Positions 1 to 10,329 of a stretch of 64,000 nt of DNA are shown here, one piece after another. The DNA is from an uncultured delta proteobacterium. Its GTDB lineage: Bacteria > Desulfobacterota > Desulfobacteria > Desulfobacterales > Desulfosarcinaceae. Position 1 is the stretch's first letter. Every line of letters begins with the position of its first letter. The translations under genes were made by a program, and so were the position numbers. The DNA lies in NCBI GenBank assembly GCA_963704985.1, contig CAVPIL010000003.1, forward strand, positions 47,122-111,121, in the 5' to 3' direction. The notes under the pieces were generated by a model, which did no database searches, was not told where the DNA came from, and worked only from the letters and a program-made list of their open reading frames with translations.

Positions 1-192
1 AACCGCTGCAACTGCTTTGTTATGCAAAATCATGGTGCGCTGAACCTGGGCCGGACCCTGGAAAAAGCGTGGCAGAATGCCGAACTGCTGGAGAAGACGG
101 CCCAGGCCTACTACCATTCCCTGACCACCGGCAGGCCGGTGACGACCCTGCCTGTTGAGACCCTTCAACGGGTTAGGGAGCTTCGCAAATAG
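1..192 (+). CDS. C-terminal part of class II aldolase/adducin family protein (5' truncated by window)
   Basis: Frame 1 reads NRCNCFVMQNHGALNLGRTLEKAWQNAELLEKTAQAYY...RK*; the NHG motif and following G..LE.A...AE.LE..A helix are typical of class II aldolases. Confidence 0.8.
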   Translation, partial: NRCNCFVMQNHGALNLGRTLEKAWQNAELLEKTAQAYYHSLTTGRPVTTLPVETLQRVRELRK

Positions 193-446
193 CATCACCA
201 GCCAGGCGCCCACCCCTGGGTTGGTCCGGACAACCCGATGAGATCACTCCCTTCGAATTCGGCCCCTTTTATCCGCAGTCCGCCTTGTCTTTTATTCGCC
301 CATGGCCTTAATTTAACGACCCGGCTAAACCCAGGCGAACCGTCAGTTAATCAATCTGATTGCAGTTCCCTTCTGATGCGATGGCATCTGCAGCCCAGGA
401 GCAGGTATCGATTTTAAAAAAAGAATCCAAAAAAGCGATCGACGGG

Positions 447-492
447 TTGACAATCAGGCTTAAGATTTTATATTTGAGCATACATGCATATA
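447..492 (+). promoter_or_regulatory. sigma70-like promoter with overlapping imperfect inverted repeat (probable ArsR/SmtB operator)
   Basis: TTGACA(447-452)-16 nt-TATATT(469-474), followed by TGAGCATACATGCATATA, just upstream of the ArsR gene. Confidence 0.55.
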
Positions 493-511
493 TACCCCGC
501 AGGAGGTCGAT

Positions 512-892
512 GTGTTAAGAAAAAATACCCTTGCGCCATGTACACCGGAAACCTGCGATGTCCGGGTGGTTCATCTGGATCGTGTCGCCCGGGCCAATGC
601 AGAGGCCATTGCGACCAAAGAGCTGGAACAACTGGCCCTGACCTTCAAGATCATGGGCGACCCCACGCGGCTTAAAATCATCCTGGCTCTGCGGGGGGGA
701 GAGATGTGTGTCTGTGATATCGCCGCCTTCGTGGGCCTGAGCGAATCGGCTGTCTCCCATCAGCTCAGACGCCTGCGTGAGTTGTCGCTGGTCAGCTCAC
801 GCCGTGACGGGCAGATACTCTACTACTCGCTGGACGACAACCATGTGCTGGATCTGGTCACCCTTGGGCTTGACCACATCGAGGAGGACTGA
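512..892 (+). CDS. ArsR/SmtB family metal-sensing repressor (CadC/SmtB-like)
   Basis: DPTRLKII, EMCVCDIA, SAVSHQLRRL HTH; N-terminal Cys pair; alpha5 site DDNH...DHIEE; AGGAGG RBS. Confidence 0.92.
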   Translation: MLRKNTLAPCTPETCDVRVVHLDRVARANAEAIATKELEQLALTFKIMGDPTRLKIILALRGGEMCVCDIAAFVGLSESAVSHQLRRLRELSLVSSRRDGQILYYSLDDNHVLDLVTLGLDHIEED

Positions 893-960
893 GGCCGGTG
901 AACAAGCATGATGCCTGACAGAAACCCTGAGCAACCCCTATTGAATAAGGAGTGGCTTCT

Positions 961-2121
961 ATGAATCTGGTGCTCAACGTCTTGCTGCAGTCGTGGAACA
1001 TCCTGCTCGAATCATCGGCTTTCATCCTGCTGGGGTTGATCGTCAGCGGACTGCTGCGGGTATTCCTCAACCCCGGGTCAGTCTCGCGGCATCTGGGACA
1101 AGGACGCTTCAAGTCGGTACTCAAGGCTTCGCTTATGGGCATCCCCATTCCTTTGTGTTCCTGTGGCGTGCTGCCGGCTGCTGCTGCGCTGAAAAAGCAG
1201 GGGGCCAACAACGGGGCCGTCACATCCTTTCTTATCTCAACGCCGGAATCCGGAGTGGATTCGATCGCCATCACCTACGCCCTGATGGATCCCATCATGA
1301 CCGTAATGCGGCCGGTGGCTGCCTTTGTCACCGCATTGGCGGCCGGAATTGCAGAAAACCTGCTGGGTAAACCGGATACGGCTCGCCCCATCGTTCCGGA
1401 TCTCTCCTGCCCGGTGGACGGTTGTTGTGACGGTGAAAACTGTTCACCCGAGGTCCACCGCAATCACCACAGTTTCAGGGAAAAAATATCGGCCGGGTTC
1501 CGATTCGCCTTCACCGATGTCTGGGGGGATCTGGCGGTGTGGTTCCTGTTCGGCCTGCTGCTGTCGGGCGTCATCACGGTGATGATACCCGAATCGGTCT
1601 TCAGCCGATACATGGGCGGCGGCCTTGGCGCCATGCTGATCATGCTGGCCGTGGGCATTCCCATCTATATTTGCGCCACGGCTTCCACACCCATTGCCGC
1701 CACCTTGATCCTGCAAGGTGTCAGCCCCGGTGCGGCCCTGGTGTTCCTGATGGCCGGACCGGCCACCAATGTCACCTCGCTGACCGTGCTGGTCCGTGTG
1801 TTGGGAAGGCGGGCCACTGGCATCTATCTGGCGGCAATTGCGCTTTTTGCGGTGGGCTTCGGCCTGCTCGTGGACTGGATCTATACCGCCATGGGAATCT
1901 CTGCCAAGGCCGTGGTGGGACAGGCCGGAGAAGCCATACCGCACGCCGTTCAACTGACCGGTGCCATCTTGATTCTGGCCCTGTCGGTTAAACCGGTGTG
2001 GCGGTTCATGCGCAGCCGTTTTTTCAAACCAGGACTGACTGGTGAATCGCTGATGACGGATGCCACGACCGCAAACGCTCCCGAACCCCGTGTCGGCAGC
2101 ACGTGAGGGTGCAGCCACTGA
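961..2121 (+). CDS. SO_0444-type/DUF318 metal efflux permease; ends at 2106 if UGA is stop, at 2121 if UGA 2104-2106 is Sec (U-G-C-S-H)
   Basis: PLCSCGVLP, STPESGVDSI and YICATASTP motifs; Cys/His-rich linker; AAGGAG 8 nt before ATG 961; downstream of ArsR gene. Confidence 0.88.
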
Positions 2122-2134
2122 CCCGTGGGGTCGG
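2118..2134 (+). other. candidate SECIS hairpin
   Basis: CTGACCC-GTG-GGGTCGG 7-bp stem starting 11 nt after UGA 2104-2106, with GU at the start of the loop. Confidence 0.6.
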
Positions 2135-2258
2135 AGGAGTAGGGACTCAGGACCGAGGACTGGGATCGGGGAGCGGCGCTGGAATGGGATGATGCCGCTG
2201 AGCGGCTCCCGGCTGCGCGCGTTGCGAACGGTTGATATCATAATCCCGTATTTTTTTA

Positions 2259-2292
2259 TTGACTCCTTGGAAAGTTTGGATTACCTAACTTT
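2259..2292 (+). promoter_or_regulatory. feo promoter with DtxR/IdeR-like palindromic operator
   Basis: TTGACT at 2259-2264; inverted repeat AAAGTTTGG-ATTA-CCTAACTTT (2271-2292, 8 of 9 pairs) over the -10 region. Confidence 0.55.
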
Positions 2293-2332
2293 TTAAGAGA
2301 AGTGAAATGTATTCACAGGGAGTCGCGTTCCA

Positions 2333-2569
2333 ATGGCAACCATCAGTATTCGCAGCATGCAGGTCAATCAGGAAGGAACCATTACCAGCGTCAAGATTGG
2401 CGGTGAACTTGGGCGTAGACTCCGTGATATGGGGCTGGTTCCGGGAACCGCCATCAAGATCCAGGGACGCGCACCGCTTTATGATCCGGTGGCCCTGAGG
2501 GTCAAGGGATTTACCCTGACCCTGCGCAACAACGAAGCCGATCACATCGAAGTCGAGGTTAACGGATAG
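2333..2569 (+). CDS. feoA: ferrous iron transport protein A
   Basis: RRLRDMGLVPGT...APLYDPV...LTLRNNEA FeoA motif; directly before feoB. Confidence 0.95.
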   Translation: MATISIRSMQVNQEGTITSVKIGGELGRRLRDMGLVPGTAIKIQGRAPLYDPVALRVKGFTLTLRNNEADHIEVEVNG

Positions 2570-2571
2570 CT

Positions 2572-4776
2572 ATGAATTATTGCGTTGCACTGGGTGGTAA
2601 TCCCAACGCCGGGAAGACCACCCTTTTTAATGTCCTGACCGGATCCCGGCAGCACGTGGGCAACTATCCCGGTGTAACGGTGGACCGCAAAGAGGGCCGC
2701 TATGTGCAAAACGGCCACGATATGCATATCGTCGATCTTCCCGGAACCTATTCCCTCACCGCTTACAGCGTGGAAGAGGTTGTGGCCCGGGATTTTCTGG
2801 TCAATGAGCGTCCGCGGGTGACGGTCAACATCGTCGATGCATCCAGCCTTGAGCGCAACCTATACCTGACCACCCAATTCCTGGAACTGGGGATTCCCAC
2901 CTGCGTGGCCCTCAACATGATCGACGTGGCCAGAGGACGGGGTATCGAGGTCGACGCCAATAAACTCTCCCACCTGCTCGGCGTGCCGGTCATTCCCATC
3001 GTGGCCCGTACCGGGTTTGGCAAAAAAAACCTGATGGATGCCGTGGAAAGGGTTGCCGAGGCGCCGCTTCCCAGGCCCCTGCGAATTTCCTACGGCCGGG
3101 ACCTGGAGACCGCCATCCAGGAGATGGAAAAAATAATCATCGGCAGGGCATTTCTCACCGACCTGTACCCGTCGCGCTGGATCGCCATCAAGTATCTGGA
3201 GAATGATGAGCAGGTCCTTAAAAAGGGCAGGGAAACCGACCCGCTGATCGCCGATGGGTTGGAGGCTATCGTGCTGAAGGTGGGTGCGCACATTGAAGAG
3301 ACCCTGGAAACCTATCCGGAAGCCATGATCGCCGACCATCGATACGGGTTTATCAGTTCCCTGCTCAGGCAGGGGGTGATCAAGGAGCGCCACGACAGGA
3401 ACCGGCTCTTTCTATCCGATCACATCGACAAGGTCTTGGTGAACCGGTTCGCCGGCCCCATCATCATGCTACTGGTACTCATGGGGCTCTATCAATTTGT
3501 GTTCACCTACAGCGAAATGCCGGTTGCCTGGTGCGAGAGGTTTTTTGAAAGGCTTGCGGACATTGTGTCCGCCAGCCTTTCCGACGGATTGCTCAAGTCC
3601 CTTGTCGTTTCCGGCGTTATTGACGGGGTGGGCGGCGTGCTTGGTTTTGTGCCGTTGATTATGTTCATGTTCTTGGGCATCGCCGTGCTGGAAGATTCAG
3701 GATACCTGGCACGGGTGGCTTTCATGCTGGATCGTGTGTTTCAGATTTTCGGGCTGCATGGCAGTTCGGTAATGGCCTACATTGTTTCCGGAGGCATCGC
3801 CGGCGGGTGTGCCGTGCCCGGCGTGATGGCCACCCGGACTCTCCGCTCCCCCAAAGAGCGCATCGCCACCCTGCTTACGGCGCCGTTCATGAACTGCGGG
3901 GCCAAACTGCCCGTATTCGCCCTGCTCATCGCCGCCTTTTTTCCCCACAGCCGGGCCCAAATGATGTTCGTTCTCACCCTGATCTCCTGGGCGGGGGCCT
4001 TGCTGGCGGCTAAGTTGCTGCGGATGACCGTGGTTAGGGGCGCTTCAACGCCCTTTGTGATGGAACTGCCACCCTACCGCCTGCCGACCATCCGGGGGCT
4101 GATGATCCATACCTGGGAACGGACCTGGCAGTATGCGAAAAAGGCCGGGACCGTGATTCTGGGCATCTCCGTGCTGCTTTGGGCGGCCATGACTTTTCCG
4201 CGCCTGCCGGATACGCAGATTGACCTCTATGACACCCTGCGCAGTAGCAAGCTATCGGCGGCGGCACAGGTGGTTGAAGAGCGTGAGACGGCAACCGGAG
4301 CACAGCCCTTCTCCGCCGCCGCTGCTCAACTGAAGGCCGATCTGCTGGTCGTGGACGCCCAGCAGGCCGGGGCCGCCCTGCGCCACTCACTGGCCGGTCG
4401 TATCGGTACTGGCTTAGAATCCGTCTCCCGCTGGGCCGGCTTTGACTGGCGTACCAATATTGCCCTGCTGGGCGGGTTTGCTGCCAAGGAGGTGATCGTT
4501 TCCACCCTGGGAACCGCCTATTCGCTGGGTACGGTTGACGCTGAAGATAGCGACTCCCTGGCCGTCAGGCTGGCCGCCGAACCGGGATGGCGAACCCTTA
4601 CCGCCTGGAGTGTGATCATCTTTATCATGTTCTACGCACCCTGTTTTGTCACGGTGGTCTGTATCGCCCGGGAATCTTCGTGGAAGTGGGGGCTATTTTC
4701 CATGGTGTTCAACACATCCCTGGCTTTTTTCCTGGCTGTGATGGTTTACCAGGCTGGCGTTGCCCTCGGATACTGA
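2572..4776 (+). CDS. feoB: ferrous iron transport protein B
   Basis: GNPNAGKTT, VGNYPGVTV, DLPGTYSL GTPase motifs; membrane domain with MELPPY and AKEVIVSTL. Confidence 0.97.
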   Translation: MNYCVALGGNPNAGKTTLFNVLTGSRQHVGNYPGVTVDRKEGRYVQNGHDMHIVDLPGTYSLTAYSVEEVVARDFLVNERPRVTVNIVDASSLERNLYLTTQFLELGIPTCVALNMIDVARGRGIEVDANKLSHLLGVPVIPIVARTGFGKKNLMDAVERVAEAPLPRPLRISYGRDLETAIQEMEKIIIGRAFLTDLYPSRWIAIKYLENDEQVLKKGRETDPLIADGLEAIVLKVGAHIEETLETYPEAMIADHRYGFISSLLRQGVIKERHDRNRLFLSDHIDKVLVNRFAGPIIMLLVLMGLYQFVFTYSEMPVAWCERFFERLADIVSASLSDGLLKSLVVSGVIDGVGGVLGFVPLIMFMFLGIAVLEDSGYLARVAFMLDRVFQIFGLHGSSVMAYIVSGGIAGGCAVPGVMATRTLRSPKERIATLLTAPFMNCGAKLPVFALLIAAFFPHSRAQMMFVLTLISWAGALLAAKLLRMTVVRGASTPFVMELPPYRLPTIRGLMIHTWERTWQYAKKAGTVILGISVLLWAAMTFPRLPDTQIDLYDTLRSSKLSAAAQVVEERETATGAQPFSAAAAQLKADLLVVDAQQAGAALRHSLAGRIGTGLESVSRWAGFDWRTNIALLGGFAAKEVIVSTLGTAYSLGTVDAEDSDSLAVRLAAEPGWRTLTAWSVIIFIMFYAPCFVTVVCIARESSWKWGLFSMVFNTSLAFFLAVMVYQAGVALGY

Positions 4777-4836
4777 ATCCCCCATGGCACTATTTTTCCC
4801 GAGGCGAGGCCCATCCCAACGAAAAGGTGCTGAAAT

Positions 4837-5025
4837 ATGGAAACCTTGATTGTCAGCTTGATTGTCGCCGTCGCAGCCGTCACCGTGGGGCGGATTTTCT
4901 ATAAGGGATTCAAACAAACGGACGGTTGTGCCTGCGGCTGTACCTGCTGCAGTATCTCCGATTCATGCAGCCAGCCGGCTGCCGGAAATGACGGCAAGGC
5001 CTCCCCGGCCCAGGAAGAGCGCTAA
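4837..5025 (+). CDS. FeoB-associated Cys-rich membrane protein
   Basis: N-terminal TM helix then GCACGCTCC..C; follows feoB. Confidence 0.85.
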   Translation: METLIVSLIVAVAAVTVGRIFYKGFKQTDGCACGCTCCSISDSCSQPAAGNDGKASPAQEER

Positions 5026-5228
5026 AACCGGCTGCCGCTTGCGTTGCCGTGATAGGCAACCGGAACCCCGGTTTTAATATTGACTCGGGATAGTGACTCT
5101 TCTATCATCAACGCTTCAATAGCCCTCAAAAAAGAAATCCCGGTGGCGGCTGTGCCGCCGGGCGAGTAATCTGAAACGGCGAACGATCCGTGCGCCTGTA
5201 TAACGAACCCGGCAAAGAGGCCAAGCCG

Positions 5229-6233
5229 ATGAGCAAACGCGTAATCGTGATGGCGTGGATGATGATGGTGCTGGTTGGTCTCTCGCCCGCCTTGGCCGCC
5301 GAGGACGAGCAGGGCTTTCTCGGCATCATCACCGGTGACGTGAAAAGCACCGCACACCAGATCGGCATGGATTTAAAAGCCCTGGTCAAGCGGCACAACA
5401 TTCACCTGGCCGTATTCAACTCAAGTGGATCCGTCGAAAACATTTACGCCGTTTATCAGCGCCCCGGCAACCATTTAGGCCTGGTGCAGTCCGATGTGCT
5501 GGCTTTTGTGGCCAAAGTTAAAAGCGACCCGCGGCTCAAGCTGATAGCCGATAAAATCAAATGGGTTTTCCCTTTATACAACCAGGAGATTCACATCCTC
5601 GGCAGGGGGGAGATCCGTAATTTTAGCGATCTTGACGGCAAGCGCGTGGCCATCGGCCATGTGGAGAGCGGCGCCTATCTGACCAGCCGTTTGCTGTTTG
5701 AGATTGCGGGTGTTCTGCCCCGCCAGATGATAGCCATCGGCAGCGCTCAGGCGCTGGCGGCGCTCAAAGCGGGCAGCATCGATGCCATGGTCAGCGTAGA
5801 CGGATTTCCTGTGGAACGGTTTATGCTGGGCGTTTCCCCGGCAGACGGGCTGCATCTGGTTCCCATCACCGACGACAGTATCCGCAGCTTCTATCCGGCA
5901 TCCCGAATTCCCGCCGGCACCTATCCCTGGCAGACTGCCGACGTGGATACGGTATCGGTTAAGGCGGTCCTGGTGGCCTACGATTTTCGCAACCACCACT
6001 GCAACGCCATCGGGAATTTTGCCCGGCTGATGACGGAAAATATGGACTGGCTTCGATTCAATGGCCACCCCAAATGGAAAACGGTGGATCTAAACGAAAC
6101 GCTGGAAGGGTGGGAGCCGTATCCATGCGTGAAAAATTTCACCCCAACGGCCATTGAGGCAGAAATCGAACCCTCGCCTGACCGCAAACCCAACCCGGTG
6201 GCCGATGCCATCGAGGCGGTGTTTCGCCCATGA
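5229..6233 (+). CDS. TAXI-family TRAP solute-binding protein
   Basis: Signal peptide; SSGSVENI, GLVQSDV, PLYNQEIH, LDGKRVAIG motifs. Confidence 0.85.
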   Translation: MSKRVIVMAWMMMVLVGLSPALAAEDEQGFLGIITGDVKSTAHQIGMDLKALVKRHNIHLAVFNSSGSVENIYAVYQRPGNHLGLVQSDVLAFVAKVKSDPRLKLIADKIKWVFPLYNQEIHILGRGEIRNFSDLDGKRVAIGHVESGAYLTSRLLFEIAGVLPRQMIAIGSAQALAALKAGSIDAMVSVDGFPVERFMLGVSPADGLHLVPITDDSIRSFYPASRIPAGTYPWQTADVDTVSVKAVLVAYDFRNHHCNAIGNFARLMTENMDWLRFNGHPKWKTVDLNETLEGWEPYPCVKNFTPTAIEAEIEPSPDRKPNPVADAIEAVFRP

Positions 6234-6254
6234 TCCACCGAAACGGAAAATACC

Positions 6255-7610
6255 ATGTATGAATCCTTTTATGGGTTAAACAAAAAACCCTTTCAGATCA
6301 CCACGGATCCAAGTTTTCTGTGGATGGGGAAAAAGCACCGCGAAGCCCTTTCCACCCTCAAGTACGGGGTGATGGACAACAAGGGCTTTTTGCTGTTGAC
6401 CGGCGATGTGGGCACCGGCAAGACGACCTTGATCAATCGGCTGGTGGAAGATATTCAAGGCAAGGCCTATACCGCAAAAATTCCTGATCCGGGACTCAGC
6501 AAGTACGATTTTTACCGCATGGTCTCCCGATACTTCGGACTGCCCATTGAAGTGCGAACCAAAAGCGACTTTTTAGAGCCTTTCAGCCGCTTCCTCAGCG
6601 ATGCCCACGAAGAACGAAAATCGGTCCTGCTGCTCATCGACGAAGCCCAGCGGCTCAAACACGATCTGATGGAGGAGATTCGCCTGCTGTCCAATCTTGA
6701 ACGCCAGGACGTCAAGCTGCTCAATATCTTTTTCGTGGGCCAGAACGAATTCAACAGCATCCTGCTCCAGCCGGAAAACCGGGCTCTGATGCGCAGGATC
6801 ACGATCACCTACAACATCGATCCGCTGGATCAGGCCGAAACCTGTGAGTATATCCGCCACCGCCTTAAAACCGCCGGCGCCGGCTACGAGATTTTCTCCA
6901 GTGCGGCCATGGAAGAGGTCTACGAATTTTCCAGCGGGTTTCCCCGGCAGATCAACATCATCTGCGACCTGGCCATGTTTTTCTCCTCCCAGGTGGCTCG
7001 GCGGACCATCAGCCGCAAGATTGTCAGCCAGTGCCGTGAAAGGATATCGTTTGCGGTGGATGAACCGCCGGCGGAAACGGCAAGCCATATCCGCGCACCG
7101 GCGCCTACGACCCGCTATCGGCCACTCCCCAAAAGGCGCTGGACGCGGTTTGGCGCAGCGCGTGCAGTTGGCCTGGTTGCGGCATTGCTAGTGGTCGGTG
7201 CAGGCATGTATTTTACGCCGGCTGACGTAAAGGACCGAGCCAGGCAGTGGGTCCGTCAAACTTACCAGACCTATTTTCCTGCCTCCGGCGAGCCGACCGG
7301 AACGGCACCGCCGGCGGTCGATGTCCCCAAATCAGCCAAGGCCGACCTTGAAACGGTCACCCCCGACGCTGCTCCGCAGGCGTCGAAAACTGCCATGCCT
7401 GCTGAATTGCCGTTGCGAATACCCCAACAGCCCCCGGAGGTCAGCTTCCCGAAAACTGCTGATTCGCTGCCCGGATCTGCACCAGCCGCGCAACTAGCAC
7501 CCACCTCAGTGCCGCCTGCCGCCGTGAGGACCGCTGCGCCGGAACAGCCCGATCCGGCCGGTGCCATCGACTGGTTGTTAAAAAAACGCAGGCAGGAAAA
7601 CAGGCAATAG
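6255..7610 (+). CDS. ExeA/GspA-family AAA ATPase with TM helix and Pro/Ala-rich tail
   Basis: MYESFYGL.KKPF..T.DP start, GDVGTGKTT, LLLIDEAQ, GFPRQINIICD. Confidence 0.9.
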   Translation: MYESFYGLNKKPFQITTDPSFLWMGKKHREALSTLKYGVMDNKGFLLLTGDVGTGKTTLINRLVEDIQGKAYTAKIPDPGLSKYDFYRMVSRYFGLPIEVRTKSDFLEPFSRFLSDAHEERKSVLLLIDEAQRLKHDLMEEIRLLSNLERQDVKLLNIFFVGQNEFNSILLQPENRALMRRITITYNIDPLDQAETCEYIRHRLKTAGAGYEIFSSAAMEEVYEFSSGFPRQINIICDLAMFFSSQVARRTISRKIVSQCRERISFAVDEPPAETASHIRAPAPTTRYRPLPKRRWTRFGAARAVGLVAALLVVGAGMYFTPADVKDRARQWVRQTYQTYFPASGEPTGTAPPAVDVPKSAKADLETVTPDAAPQASKTAMPAELPLRIPQQPPEVSFPKTADSLPGSAPAAQLAPTSVPPAAVRTAAPEQPDPAGAIDWLLKKRRQENRQ

Positions 7611-7611
7611 G

Positions 7612-7656
7612 GCTGAGTCGATTGGGTTGGTTGTGTTGATTGGGTTGGTCAGGTTG
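7612..7656. repeat. degenerate 9-mer tandem repeat (about 5 units)
   Basis: GCTGAGTCG ATTGGGTTG GTTGTGTTG ATTGGGTTG GTCAGGTTG. Confidence 0.65.
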
Positions 7657-7695
7657 CCTACCCATTTTTGATCGCCGCCGACCTCAACCTTTTAA

Positions 7696-8799
<1,104 letters not shown>

Positions 8800-8814
8800 G
8801 CGGCGTTTTGGGAT

Positions 8815-10326
8815 ATGACCACACCTTTGATTACCGTCGATGGCATCTCCGTAAGGCTTCGGGACCGCTGGCTGCTCAACGGATCGTCGTGGCGGATCAA
8901 CACCGGCGACCAATGGGCCATGATCGGCCCCAACGGGGCGGGCAAAACCACGCTGGCCAAGGCCCTCGCCGGTCTTCTGCCTGTCGTTCAGGGAAAAATC
9001 CATTACCATGCCTTTGACGGCGTCTCTCCCATGGACGCCATTGCCTACGTGGCCAGCGATGCCCGCCGGGATCTTTGGCGCCGGGAAAGAATCCTGGATC
9101 ATGGGCGAGGCTTTGCCGGCCGGTTCAATGACGCCACCTCCGTCCGTGGGTTGATTGGCCGTCAACAGGCCGGCTCCCAGCTGCCGTGCGACATGGATGC
9201 CGATTCGATCGACGTCGTGGAGCGCTTCGATCTGGAAGCCCTGCTGGACAAACCGGTCATGGCCCTCTCCACCGGTGAGATGAGCCGGGTGCTGGTTGCC
9301 CGTGAACTGATGCGCCGACCGAAGATGCTGATCCTGGATGAACCCTTTGAAGGCCTCGACCGTTCGGGACGGCGGAAATTGATAGGGATATTCGAAAGGT
9401 TGGCGGGCTCGGGGCTGCCCATCCTGCTGATCGTCCACCGCCCTGGGGAGATGCTCTCCACCACCACCCATGTTCTGGCCATCGATCGGGGACGGATCCT
9501 CAGTGCCGGTGCTGTGGACCGCTCCGTCGATTCTTTTTTTGGCGCGAAGGGGGTCGCATCCCAGCAAAGGAAGCCGCGCCATCCGAAACAGCGCCCGGCC
9601 TATCGCGAAACCGGCAGGCGGATGGCGTCCGAACCACTGATCGATATGCAGGCCGTAACGGTTCGTTATGGCGCCACGATCGTGCTGGATCGCTTGACTT
9701 GGGCAGTAGGGCAGGGGCAGCACTGGGCCGTCACCGGACCCAACGGTGCCGGGAAATCCACCATCCTCAAATTGATCACCGGGGAATGCCTGCAGGTGCA
9801 TGCCAACCGGATTCGCCTCTTCGGCAAGAATCGCGGCACGGGACAATCCCTGGGAGAGATTCGCCAACGGCTGGGGGTGGTCAGTCACGATCTTGCCACT
9901 GCCTACCAGAAGCAGACGTCCGGTCTGGAGGTGGTCTGCTCCGGGTTTTTTGACTCGGTGGGCCTGTATCGCCACTGCGATGCCGGGCAGATTGAGACCG
10001 CCAGCATGTGGCTGGCGAAGATGGGAATTTCAGCGCTTGCCCACGCCCCGTTCAATCAGCTCTCCCAGGGACAGCGACAGATGGTCCTTATCGCCCGGGC
10101 CATGGTAAAATCGCCGAGGCTGTTGCTTCTAGATGAACCCTGCGCCGGTCTCGATCCGGAAAACCGGCTCACGGTCCTGGGAATGGTGGCGCGCATCGGC
10201 CGCAGTGGCGCCACCGGGCTGATCTTTGTCTCCCACCACGAAAATGAAATTCCTGACTGTATCACCCACCGATTGTCCTTGGATCATGGCATCGCCGTCC
10301 GCAGCGGGGCCATCGAGGACGCATAG
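8815..10326 (+). CDS. ModF-like ABC ATPase with two nucleotide-binding domains
   Basis: Two GPNGAGK Walker A motifs, LSTGE and LSQGQ signatures, LDEP Walker B motifs; no TM domain. Confidence 0.85.
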   Translation: MTTPLITVDGISVRLRDRWLLNGSSWRINTGDQWAMIGPNGAGKTTLAKALAGLLPVVQGKIHYHAFDGVSPMDAIAYVASDARRDLWRRERILDHGRGFAGRFNDATSVRGLIGRQQAGSQLPCDMDADSIDVVERFDLEALLDKPVMALSTGEMSRVLVARELMRRPKMLILDEPFEGLDRSGRRKLIGIFERLAGSGLPILLIVHRPGEMLSTTTHVLAIDRGRILSAGAVDRSVDSFFGAKGVASQQRKPRHPKQRPAYRETGRRMASEPLIDMQAVTVRYGATIVLDRLTWAVGQGQHWAVTGPNGAGKSTILKLITGECLQVHANRIRLFGKNRGTGQSLGEIRQRLGVVSHDLATAYQKQTSGLEVVCSGFFDSVGLYRHCDAGQIETASMWLAKMGISALAHAPFNQLSQGQRQMVLIARAMVKSPRLLLLDEPCAGLDPENRLTVLGMVARIGRSGATGLIFVSHHENEIPDCITHRLSLDHGIAVRSGAIEDA

Positions 10327-10329
10327 CCG

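Noticed and set aside
890-950. Sec read-through at other TGA stops (ArsR 890, feoB 4774, HesB 13600)
   Set aside because: No Cys-like context or suitably spaced hairpin seen after these stops
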